From Candidatus Uhrbacteria bacterium CG10_big_fil_rev_8_21_14_0_10_48_11 (GTDB taxonomy: Bacteria; Patescibacteriota; Patescibacteriia; GWA2-46-9): a DNA stretch of 64,000 nt. The position numbers and the translations under genes were made by a program. Shown in pieces: positions 18,610-26,681 of this stretch. The stretch is from assembly GCA_002793855.1 (NCBI GenBank), contig PFET01000009.1:21749-85748 (forward strand). Direction: 5' to 3'. Position 1 is the stretch's first letter, and every line of letters begins with the position of its first letter. Below the pieces are notes generated by a model, which made no database searches, was not told the origin of the DNA, and saw only the letters and a program-made list of their open reading frames with translations.

Positions 18610-19729
18610 TTTTTTTTACCGCTGACAAAAAAGTGTTAACGACGCGTTCTTGCCCAAAACGATTTTTTACTAACTGCTGTCCCGCGCTACCCATTGCACG
18701 ACGTTTTCCCGCATTTTGCAACAATGAGAGAATTTGTTCTCCGAGCGCTTTTGTATCTTCCTCTGCAATAAGGCTGCCGCTTACCCCGTCTTCCATTCCC
18801 TCTGGCACTCCCCCGTGGCGCGACCCTATTACCGGCAGTCCTGCCGCACTTGCCTCGAGTAGCGCAATACCAACTCCTTCTGTGTCGCCATTTTTTAGCG
18901 TCAGTGGCGTCAGGATAAAAATGTCCGCCGCTATTCGCCAGCTCCGTGCTGTCCTGTCATCTACCTCACCCAAAAATACAATGCGATCAGGATGACTCGT
19001 TTTGCTAGCGAACTTTTTTAATTGCTCTTCAAATGACCCCTTACCAATAACATAATAAGTTACTTCGGGTAAAACTTTCCAGACCGTTTCCAATGCGTCA
19101 ATCACCAACTGAACACCCTTACGCTCGACTAAACGACAAATCGTTAACAGTGCATAACCATGGCCAACGTGCAGTCGCTCTCGTGCTTCCTCTTTTTGTT
19201 CTCGTGATGACTCTACTTCTACTATAGGATAGATAACGGCAATTTTATTACGCGAAATGCCCAGCGCAATAACTTTTTTTTCAATAAACTGATTAGCGGC
19301 CAATACAACGTCTGCCCGCTTTAAAATGCGCCTTATAAGCCAGCGACGACGCACTACTTTTGCGGCGACGGTAATATCCATCCCGTGCACAAACACGGCG
19401 TACCGAATATGCTTGAAAAATGACGCCGCCCACAGGGCAGTGCCAATGGGTAGCACCTGTCCTGCAATAAATAGCTCATGCTCACGCCCTTTTTCTTTGT
19501 TTAGCAGCAAAACCCAAAATAATTTTCTCCACTTTAACAATCCCGCTTCAGCTAGTAACGGCTGGCGCACAATGGAAAACGGTAGCTCAGTGTCGTTCTC
19601 GTTTTTTGGTAGTGGTGCGTAAACACGCAACTGAGGCGCAAGAGCACACGCCAACGCTTCGTACATTCTTCCAACACCGCCACGGTCTGGAGGGAAATCA
19701 ATAGTGAAAAGGGTAAACATCTCATTCAT
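18602..19729 (-). CDS. GT4 (GT-B fold) glycosyltransferase.
   Basis: The C-terminal EGVGIALLEASAAGLPVIGSRHGGVPE motif is present. The start is taken at MNEMFTLF, to avoid a 38-nt overlap with the flippase gene. Confidence 0.75.
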   Translation of the reverse strand: MNEMFTLFTIDFPPDRGGVGRMYEALACALAPQLRVYAPLPKNENDTELPFSIVRQPLLAEAGLLKWRKLFWVLLLNKEKGREHELFIAGQVLPIGTALWAASFFKHIRYAVFVHGMDITVAAKVVRRRWLIRRILKRADVVLAANQFIEKKVIALGISRNKIAVIYPIVEVESSREQKEEARERLHVGHGYALLTICRLVERKGVQLVIDALETVWKVLPEVTYYVIGKGSFEEQLKKFASKTSHPDRIVFLGEVDDRTARSWRIAADIFILTPLTLKNGDTEGVGIALLEASAAGLPVIGSRHGGVPEGMEDGVSGSLIAEEDTKALGEQILSLLQNAGKRRAMGSAGQQLVKNRFGQERVVNTFLSAVKKND

Positions 19730-19730
19730 A

Positions 19731-21218
19731 CTATAACCCTTCCGGTGGTAGTGGTTGTACATTACCACCTACTGGCCTACGCATTAACCCAAGCAAAAAC
19801 CGGACATCGTTCATGGTTATCTCACGAGTCAACACTAATACGAACCCATAGCAAATTGCCGCAAGACCGACGATCGCGAAAAGCGGTAGGGCGGGTAAGG
19901 AAGCTGAAACGATATAGCCCATTATTACTGCTGCCAAACCAACCCTAATAGCGCTCACGAACATGGTCGACCACGAAATACGCACAACGCGCGATGCAAA
20001 AACCGCGTCTAAAATAAAGTAGCAGGCGTTTGAAACAAACCAGGCAGCGCTTGCCCCAAGGTAACTATAAGCTGGAATCCAGAAAAGATTACAGACAACA
20101 TTTACCGCTAAGCTGACGCCAATAATTGCCGTTTGCCAGTGCTGTCTGTTGGTTGCGTTAAGTAACGAACCCAACGGAAATGACAGAAATACAAAAATAA
20201 GACTCGGTACCAATATGCGAACCGCCTCCGCTGATGGTCCATACGACACGCCAAGACGCTGCACAAAATTGTCGGCAAGCAGGTAGATACCAACGGCAAT
20301 AGGCACACCGATGATCAGCAGATAACGGAGGGCCCGATCAACGGTGCGCTTTAACAAATCTGGAGCAGAAACATAGAAGCTACTCAATGCAGGATAGAGA
20401 GCCGCCACAAACGCCGCCGGTATAAAAGCAAACGCATTCATGGTTTTGGCGGCAACGCTATAGAGGCCGACCGCGGAGTTCCCTTGCAGGATACTTAAAA
20501 GTACCGAATCTAACTGCACGTAGGCGGTGGAAAACACACCTGCAATTGCAAAGGGTACGGCAAGGCGCAGTAAAAACTTGGCCGTTGTTTTGCTAAAAGA
20601 CGGACGCCAAGGTTGTCCGACTCGACGGCTTAAGTAGTTACCAAGAAGCACGTAGGAAAATAAACTGCCAACAAGTATGGCAACCGAAACGTTGAAGGCT
20701 GACGGAAACAAAAAAAGCGCCGCTACCCCGACGGCTAGCACGCCAATTTTTTGAACAATAATGACAATAGATTCAAACCACAAATTTTGCCATCCTCTAA
20801 ATATGCTAGTGCCTGTTAACACTAAAGAATCGGCCATCATAATGATACCGGCAATAGCTACCACACTGATGCCTGGATGAGGAATGCCAAAATAGTTTAG
20901 AGATACTATCGTCGCCATAAGGGCGCCGTAGACAAGCACCCCAAGAACAAGCTTCATGCCAAGCGTTGTGCGATAAAATTTTTCGGTTCGTTCTGGACTG
21001 CGGGCAATTTCTCGCACCAGTACCTGTGCAAGGCCAATATCTACGCCAATTGAAAAAAGGCTACTAAAGGCAAAGGCGCCGACATACTCCCCTGTTCCGA
21101 CATCTCCAAGCAGTTTAGCAATAAGCAAAAAAAACAGAAAAGCAATTGCTTTCTGGATAACCAGTGCCGTAGTGAGGTAGGTAGTATTCTTTGCAATTGT
21201 TCTTGCTTCCTCTGACAT
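19731..21218 (-). CDS. Polysaccharide biosynthesis protein / oligosaccharide flippase (Wzx, MOP superfamily).
   Basis: It is about 495 aa with 12-14 TM helices. Its position at the head of the GT operon fits a flippase. Confidence 0.7.
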   Translation of the reverse strand: MSEEARTIAKNTTYLTTALVIQKAIAFLFFLLIAKLLGDVGTGEYVGAFAFSSLFSIGVDIGLAQVLVREIARSPERTEKFYRTTLGMKLVLGVLVYGALMATIVSLNYFGIPHPGISVVAIAGIIMMADSLVLTGTSIFRGWQNLWFESIVIIVQKIGVLAVGVAALFLFPSAFNVSVAILVGSLFSYVLLGNYLSRRVGQPWRPSFSKTTAKFLLRLAVPFAIAGVFSTAYVQLDSVLLSILQGNSAVGLYSVAAKTMNAFAFIPAAFVAALYPALSSFYVSAPDLLKRTVDRALRYLLIIGVPIAVGIYLLADNFVQRLGVSYGPSAEAVRILVPSLIFVFLSFPLGSLLNATNRQHWQTAIIGVSLAVNVVCNLFWIPAYSYLGASAAWFVSNACYFILDAVFASRVVRISWSTMFVSAIRVGLAAVIMGYIVSASLPALPLFAIVGLAAICYGFVLVLTREITMNDVRFLLGLMRRPVGGNVQPLPPEGL

Positions 21219-21266
21219 GTAGCTTTAGGGTAGCATACATATCCCCCTTCCGAATATAAGCAATTT

Positions 21267-21818
21267 TTAGTTTGCTAACCGGTCTACGGGAACAATAGTT
21301 ATCGTTTGCGGCTGATTACCATGTGGGTATTTCGCCACAAAAATATCTACGGTCGGGTACTCTCGAACACGGTCAAGCCAATGCGCATAACGGTCTTCGC
21401 ACGCGTACTCCTTCCCGTCTATTTCAATTTTAGTCCCTAAGGCAAGAAAACTCGGACAGGCGACAGCACCAAGGTATACAGGTTTTCCGCTTGCCATCAA
21501 GCACTTCCCATTACGAATATTATGACAGCTATCGGTGTAGCTATACTGCGTCACAATAGCTGTAAACGTCTCAGCGACAATCTCTCTCGTAGGTGTAGCA
21601 ATGCTATTAGTTGATTCGGGAGCGGCTGCAATACCTGCCAATGGACCGTATAGCACTCCGACCGCAAGCACAACAAAAAGAACGCCCTGAGCAACTCTAG
21701 TTGAAGCGCCTCTTAAGGCTTTATTTGTGGTTATAAGGGCCTGTTCGAGGCCAACTACTATAAACCAACGAATAGCATTCGCGACCAGGATGAGGTGTAC
21801 TAATACCATAATAACCAT
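21267..21818 (-). CDS. Membrane-anchored 3D/RlpA-like double-psi beta-barrel domain protein, a putative cell-wall glycan-binding or lytic protein.
   Basis: An N-terminal TM helix is present. The C-terminus reads GKPVYLGAVACPSFLALGTKIEIDGKEYACEDRYAH...TVDIFV, resembling 3D/RlpA DPBB domains. Confidence 0.4.
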   Translation of the reverse strand: MVIMVLVHLILVANAIRWFIVVGLEQALITTNKALRGASTRVAQGVLFVVLAVGVLYGPLAGIAAAPESTNSIATPTREIVAETFTAIVTQYSYTDSCHNIRNGKCLMASGKPVYLGAVACPSFLALGTKIEIDGKEYACEDRYAHWLDRVREYPTVDIFVAKYPHGNQPQTITIVPVDRLAN

Positions 21819-21825
21819 ATAAAAA

Positions 21826-21858
21826 GCCTGCTTTTTGCAAAAAGCAGGTTCGCACTAT
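21826..21858 (-). terminator. Rho-independent terminator of the ribosomal-protein operon.
   Basis: The perfect palindrome CCTGCTTTTT gc AAAAAGCAGG is followed on the minus strand by CTTTTTATAT. It lies about 100 nt after the rpsI stop. Confidence 0.6.
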
Positions 21859-21957
21859 CCTAGCAAAAAATATGAATCCCGTCAAGGTAACAAAACAAAT
21901 AAAAAAGGGCGCGTTGGTCGCACTCTTTTTTTTATTAATTCTATTTTAAAAAAATTG

Positions 21958-22422
21958 TTATCGCTTCTGCCACTGCGGTGCCCGTCTAGCACCCTTTAAT
22001 CCTGGCTTCTTTCGCTCTTTCACTCTCGGATCTCTAGTCAACCAACCCATTTTTCGTAATGTTGGGCGTACCTCTTCGTTATTGACAACAAGCGCTCTAG
22101 CTACGCCCAATCGAATCGCCTCCGCTTGACCTCTCATGCCGCCGCCAGCCACCTTAACCGTAATATCAGTAGTGTCGTTCATACCAACCAAAGGTAATGG
22201 TGCGGTAATCGCCTCCTGCTGAAGCTTGTGAGGAAAATACTCCTCCAACTTCTTACCATTTACGGTAATAACACCTTTACCTTTAAGATGCAGTCGAACT
22301 CTCGCTACGGCACTTTTTCGTCGACCAACGGTTTGTATAAAATTACGAGGTTCTTTGACTGTCGCCTTGTTTACCGGTTTACTTAGTGGTTTTTTTGCAG
22401 TTTTGGTAGAAGTTGTTGGCAT
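21958..22422 (-). CDS. rpsI: Ribosomal protein S9, with a Lys-rich N-terminal extension.
   Basis: GGGMRGQAEAIRLGVARAL ... KKPGLKGARRAPQWQKR. Confidence 0.9.
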   Translation of the reverse strand: MPTTSTKTAKKPLSKPVNKATVKEPRNFIQTVGRRKSAVARVRLHLKGKGVITVNGKKLEEYFPHKLQQEAITAPLPLVGMNDTTDITVKVAGGGMRGQAEAIRLGVARALVVNNEEVRPTLRKMGWLTRDPRVKERKKPGLKGARRAPQWQKR

Positions 22423-22427
22423 AGTAG

Positions 22428-22784
22428 CTAGTTAATCTTCAAGCGGAAAAATTGCGCCCTGCGTAGTTTTGTTTTTGGAAGCATCTGCCACACGGCTCTA
22501 CGCAGTACTTCCGCTGGATCTTTTTCCCAAATTTCACGCATAGGTTTAGTTTTGAGTCCTCCAGGATAACCGCTGTAGTGGTAATACTTCTTCTGCTTCA
22601 TTTTTTCACCAATAATCTTCGCTGCTGCAATATTCACCACCTCAACTGGTTGACCGCTATCGGTGTTAGGGGCCCAATTCGGCATATGCTTTCCTTGCAA
22701 TCGCTTCACCGCCTCGGTAGCAATTCTACCAATGCTCTTACCGTTGGCGTCAATCGTAAGTACTTTTTTCTTCGTATCTGCCAT
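22428..22784 (-). CDS. rplM: Ribosomal protein L13.
   Basis: GKSIGRIATEAVKRLQGKH...YYHYSGYPGG. Confidence 0.9.
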   Translation of the reverse strand: MADTKKKVLTIDANGKSIGRIATEAVKRLQGKHMPNWAPNTDSGQPVEVVNIAAAKIIGEKMKQKKYYHYSGYPGGLKTKPMREIWEKDPAEVLRRAVWQMLPKTKLRRAQFFRLKIN

Positions 22785-22788
22785 ATCG

Positions 22789-23139
22789 TTATACTAGTTC
22801 AATCGTAGCAGTAGACGCACCGTCACCCTGCCGACTACCTGTTTTAGTTATTCTGGTATAGCCGCTGTCTCGCTTTGCGTATCGTGGTCCGAGATCTTCC
22901 AATGCCTTAGTTACCGCATTTTTTACCGGCAACGTCTGCAACAAACGTCGACGTGCAGTTACATCATTCTTCTTGGCAATAGTAATTACGGTATCAACCA
23001 TCCCCCGAACCGCTTTCGCCTTAGCAAGTGTCGTCGTCACTTTCTCGTAGAGAATAATGCTGGACACCAGATTACGAAGCATGAGCTCTCGTGGTGCTTT
23101 TTTTCTATCAAGTGTCTTGGTTTTTTGACGATGACGCAT
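22789..23139 (-). CDS. rplQ: Ribosomal protein L17.
   Basis: MRHRQKTKTLDRKKAPRELMLRNLVSSII. Confidence 0.9.
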   Translation of the reverse strand: MRHRQKTKTLDRKKAPRELMLRNLVSSIILYEKVTTTLAKAKAVRGMVDTVITIAKKNDVTARRRLLQTLPVKNAVTKALEDLGPRYAKRDSGYTRITKTGSRQGDGASTATIELV

Positions 23140-23144
23140 ATCGC

Positions 23145-23972
23145 TTACTCTTTAGTAGCTTTCTTTACGTTCTTTTTCTCCAATGCCTCCTCCTTTTCTG
23201 AAGTTTCTTCGCTGACCGTTTCGCTAACTTCCTGCACCTCTTCTTCTGTATCAGTATCAGCTACCAGCGTTTCAACCTCCATTTCGTTCACCTTACCAAC
23301 AGCGGCAAATTGAGCAACTAGAACTTTCGTGGCGTCCTTTACCGCCTCTTCTGGCGTCAACGTTGCATCCGTCTCAATGTTCATAAGCAATCGGTCGTAG
23401 TTGATCATCTGTCCTACTCGTGCGCTCTCTACAATAAAAGAAACTCTGCGTACTGGGGAGAAGAAAGAATCTACGGCAATCGTACCAATTTCTCTACCAG
23501 CCGCATCGCCTGTTTCTGTCATTTGATATCCTCGCCCCTTGGCTACCCAAATATCCATTTCAATTGCAGCATCTTTAGCCGTAAGCGTAGCAATGGTTAA
23601 TTCCGGATTAACAATTTCTACGTCGCTATTTTTATCAATATCTTTTGCCGTCACTGCTTTTTCTCCCTTGGCAGCTAGATGCAACTTAATTGGTTCATCG
23701 CTAAAAACTCGCATACGTAGCTCTTTGAGGTTCATTATAATTTGCAGCATATCTTCTGCAACTTTTGGTAACGCCGCAAATTCATGCGGCGCACCGGCAA
23801 TTTTCACGGCCGTAACTGCTGCACCCGGCAGTGACGAAAGCAGCACCCTGCGCAAGGCGTTGCCAACCGTCGTACCATACCCAGGATAAAGCGGCTCTAC
23901 TATTAAACGACCGCCTGTGCTTGTTTCGCCGGCTTCAAAAGTAACAACTGAAGGAAGGTTGATGTCCAACAT
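23145..23972 (-). CDS. rpoA: DNA-directed RNA polymerase alpha subunit. It has the N-terminal domain plus an acidic tail, and no alpha-CTD.
   Basis: The NTD is conserved (TTVGNALRRVLLSSLPGAAVTAVKIAGAPHEF). The last about 45 aa are acidic and low-complexity (EEEVQEVSETVSEETSEKEEALEKK). There is no helix-hairpin-helix CTD. Confidence 0.9.
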   Translation of the reverse strand: MLDINLPSVVTFEAGETSTGGRLIVEPLYPGYGTTVGNALRRVLLSSLPGAAVTAVKIAGAPHEFAALPKVAEDMLQIIMNLKELRMRVFSDEPIKLHLAAKGEKAVTAKDIDKNSDVEIVNPELTIATLTAKDAAIEMDIWVAKGRGYQMTETGDAAGREIGTIAVDSFFSPVRRVSFIVESARVGQMINYDRLLMNIETDATLTPEEAVKDATKVLVAQFAAVGKVNEMEVETLVADTDTEEEVQEVSETVSEETSEKEEALEKKNVKKATKE

Positions 23973-23984
23973 ACGTATAAAAAA

Positions 23985-24596
23985 TTAGCGAGAATAGAAC
24001 TCGACGACGAGCGTCATATTAATGTTTGGTGGAAAGTCATCATGGGCGGGGAAGCCCGTTACCTTACCTTCTAGAGCCTTTTCATCAACGGATAGCCAAG
24101 AAGTGGCGGTCGTCCCCTGACGCCCTGCAGAGATGCTCTTCCACAACGCACTACCTTTTACCGACGGTTTAAGAGTAATAACCTCACCAGCCCTAACCTG
24201 ATAGGATGGAATAGTCACTCGCTTGCCATTGATCAAAACAAAACCGTGCCCAACAAGCTGCCTTGCCTGTGCTCTCGTTCTGGCAAATCCCATACGGAAA
24301 ATGACGTTGTCCAATCTACGCTCAAGCAGTTGCAAGAAAAACTCTGCCGTGTTGCCACTCTTGCTTGCCGCTTTTTCGTAGTAACCACTGAACTGCTTCT
24401 CCATAACCCCGTAAAGGTATTTCGTCTTCTGCTTTTCTCGCATCTGCGTACCAAATTCTGTGAGTCGCCGATACCCCTTCGTCCCATGCACCCCTGGTGG
24501 CTGCTGCCGCTTTACGGCAGGACACTTGTCGCTAGTGCATACTCGCTCACCGACACGCCGACACATTCTATGCTTTGGTCCAAGTAATTTACCCAT
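23985..24596 (-). CDS. rpsD: Ribosomal protein S4.
   Basis: The N-terminal Zn-ribbon-like CRRVGERVCTSDKC is present, with an S4 RNA-binding domain. Confidence 0.9.
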   Translation of the reverse strand: MGKLLGPKHRMCRRVGERVCTSDKCPAVKRQQPPGVHGTKGYRRLTEFGTQMREKQKTKYLYGVMEKQFSGYYEKAASKSGNTAEFFLQLLERRLDNVIFRMGFARTRAQARQLVGHGFVLINGKRVTIPSYQVRAGEVITLKPSVKGSALWKSISAGRQGTTATSWLSVDEKALEGKVTGFPAHDDFPPNINMTLVVEFYSR

Positions 24597-24604
24597 AGTA
24601 AGTA

Positions 24605-25060
24605 TTAAACGCGCCGCGCACGTGGCCTACGGCAGCCATTATGAGGAATAGGCGTAATATCTCTAATAGTAGAAACCGCAATATTATTTGCGTGCAACGC
24701 CCGAATTGCTGCTTCTCGTCCAGATCCTACCCCTTTGACGTAAACGCTAACCTCTTGCAGCCCATATGCCTTACTACGCTCGACCGCATCTCGTACAATG
24801 ACGCCTGCGGCGTACGGTGTAGATTTTTTTGGTCCCCTGAAACCTACGCGGCCAGCGCTAGACCAGCTAATCACGTTACCGTTAAGATCAGTCAAGGTAA
24901 CCACGGTATTGTTGTAGGTTGCCTGAATATGAGCTTCGCCTTGGCTAACCTGACGAGCTTTCTTTCCGCGCTTTCCGCGGACAGCCTTAGTCGGCTTACT
25001 GGCATCGGTCTCAGCTGTGTTGGCTTCCGTAAAAGGAATTGTTGTTGTTTCTTCAGCCAT
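24605..25060 (-). CDS. rpsK: Ribosomal protein S11.
   Basis: STPYAAGVIVRDAV...VKGVGSGREAAIRAL. Confidence 0.9.
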   Translation of the reverse strand: MAEETTTIPFTEANTAETDASKPTKAVRGKRGKKARQVSQGEAHIQATYNNTVVTLTDLNGNVISWSSAGRVGFRGPKKSTPYAAGVIVRDAVERSKAYGLQEVSVYVKGVGSGREAAIRALHANNIAVSTIRDITPIPHNGCRRPRARRV

Positions 25061-25065
25061 AGTGT

Positions 25066-25452
25066 TTAGGTCTTAGCAAGTGTTCTCTTACCGCTACCCA
25101 TAGTTCTGCGCACGTTACCTCGCACCGTACGGGTGTTGGTCTTAGTTCTCTGCCCGCGAGCCGGAAGATGCTTTGCGTGTCTACTGCCGCGATAGGAACC
25201 AATATCTTTAATTCTCATTATATTTCCGATGACCTCTCTGCGTAAATCTCCTTCTACGCGAAGCTTCTTTTCTATGTACTCGCGCAACAAGGCAACCTGA
25301 TCATCAAGCAAATCCTTTGTTCTGGTATCCACGTTAATTTTTGTCTCAGACAAAATCTTTTTGGACACCGATAGTCCAATGCCATAAATGTAGGTAAGCG
25401 CAACTTCAATGCGCTTTTCGTTAGGTATAGTAACACCAGCAATTCTTGCCAT
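25066..25452 (-). CDS. rpsM: Ribosomal protein S13.
   Basis: [26 protein letters not shown]. Confidence 0.9.
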   Translation of the reverse strand: MARIAGVTIPNEKRIEVALTYIYGIGLSVSKKILSETKINVDTRTKDLLDDQVALLREYIEKKLRVEGDLRREVIGNIMRIKDIGSYRGSRHAKHLPARGQRTKTNTRTVRGNVRRTMGSGKRTLAKT

Positions 25453-25458
25453 AAATTA

Positions 25459-25572
25459 TTATCCTTGACGCTGTTTATGCTTTGGCGTACGACAAATCAC
25501 TCGCAACTTTCCTTTGCGACGAATCACTCGACACTGAATACAAATTTTCTTTACAGACGCTCTAACTTTCAT
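25459..25572 (-). CDS. rpmJ: Ribosomal protein L36 (37 aa). It is not in the ORF track.
   Basis: Minus-strand translation gives [37 protein letters not shown]. Confidence 0.8.
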   Translation of the reverse strand: MKVRASVKKICIQCRVIRRKGKLRVICRTPKHKQRQG

Positions 25573-25581
25573 TGAATCAAA

Positions 25582-25833
25582 TTAGTATCGGTAAGTAATT
25601 CGACCCTTAGTAAGATCGTAGGGGGTCATTTCCATGCGCACTCGATCCCCTGGAACAATGCGTATTCTAAATTTCCTCATTTTTCCTGACAGGTGAGCAA
25701 GCACTGCAGGACCATTGTCGAGCTTCACTCGGAAAGTAGCCGCCGGCAATAGCTCGGCAACCTGCCCGTCAACCTCTAGGAAATCCTTGGAGTTCGGGGC
25801 GGAAGTTGTATCCTCTGCGTTTAATTCGCCTAT
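25582..25833 (-). CDS. infA: Translation initiation factor IF-1, with a non-canonical start codon (AUA proposed). It is not in the ORF track.
   Basis: Translation gives ...[68 protein letters not shown], clearly IF-1. The frame opens right after a TAA. No ATG, GTG or TTG occurs before the conserved core. GAAGGT lies 5 nt upstream of an in-frame ATA at 25833-25831. Confidence 0.7.
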   Translation of the reverse strand: MGELNAEDTTSAPNSKDFLEVDGQVAELLPAATFRVKLDNGPAVLAHLSGKMRKFRIRIVPGDRVRMEMTPYDLTKGRITYRY

Positions 25834-26009
25834 ACGTACCTTCTGTTAGTCGGCAATAACTACCAAGACAAAAAATAAAAATTCTTAGCAAATTTCAGAT
25901 TCTGAGTAAACTAAAAAAGCCTAGAATTTCTAAGGAAAAACCCATCAATAGGTCGTAATTCCTTTGTTTCTGCAACTTGTCTGCAGTGTCGAATAGAATA
26001 CATTGCCAG

Positions 26010-26669
26010 CTAAAGAATGTCAAGGGTAAAATTGAATGATTCTGAGCGGTATGGCAACCATGGCCAAAAGGATGGCCAAACTGAAATCTTTACATCGGTA
26101 ATGCCGCGCAGAAGCATCAATTTTTGAACTAATACTATTGGTTTTTTTGCGGCCACCATTTTAGCCATGCTGCCAAAATCATAGACGGGTATTGCCAGCC
26201 CCGAGACGGAAGTATTCATCCGCAAAACGTCACCACTATCTGCTACTGCCTTGGTAACGCGTACCTCTATGCTTGCTTTGTCTAAGACGGTATTGGTGGC
26301 TAACAATCTCTTAAGTTCATCATTCTCAAGATTCAATAAATCGTCCTTTTTAAAGGCAACCCCAGTGGTGAGAAGAGGATCTGAAACCACAAAGTGATCT
26401 TGGGCGTCATCAGTCCTTACCAGAAGGGGGAAAATTTGATCGTTTGGTTGCACCTCTACTTGCTCAGCAGGAATGGTAGCGAGCGCAGGTAGAGAATGGT
26501 CAATACTGGGATCCAAAACTACGTTCATAGTTGTTCTGGCGGGTTCTCCGCTTACGCTCACAGTAACGCTTGCTTTTGGAATAAAAAAAACAAACAATAC
26601 ACAACTAAGCAGTACTATTGAACCTCCAATAAACCACCAAGCAACGCGATGCCAACGCACAAACAACAT
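26010..26669 (-). CDS. Membrane-anchored hypothetical protein.
   Basis: One N-terminal TM helix is followed by about 190 aa with no motif I recognise. Confidence 0.4.
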   Translation of the reverse strand: MLFVRWHRVAWWFIGGSIVLLSCVLFVFFIPKASVTVSVSGEPARTTMNVVLDPSIDHSLPALATIPAEQVEVQPNDQIFPLLVRTDDAQDHFVVSDPLLTTGVAFKKDDLLNLENDELKRLLATNTVLDKASIEVRVTKAVADSGDVLRMNTSVSGLAIPVYDFGSMAKMVAAKKPIVLVQKLMLLRGITDVKISVWPSFWPWLPYRSESFNFTLDIL

Positions 26670-26681
26670 TGTAAAACTAAA

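Noticed and set aside
21895-21935. Second putative terminator between rpsI and the first hairpin (GUGCG-accaa-CGCGC followed by T7-8).
   Set aside because: It has only a 5-bp stem with a G-U pair. It may contribute to termination, but it is too weak to call separately from the strong palindrome at 21837-21858.
25861-25920. Candidate promoter for the infA-rpmJ-rpsM... operon (TTTACT-17-TAAGAAT on the minus strand).
   Set aside because: It matches only 3/6 and 4/6 of the consensus hexamers. It is plausible but not distinctive enough in this AT-rich spacer.
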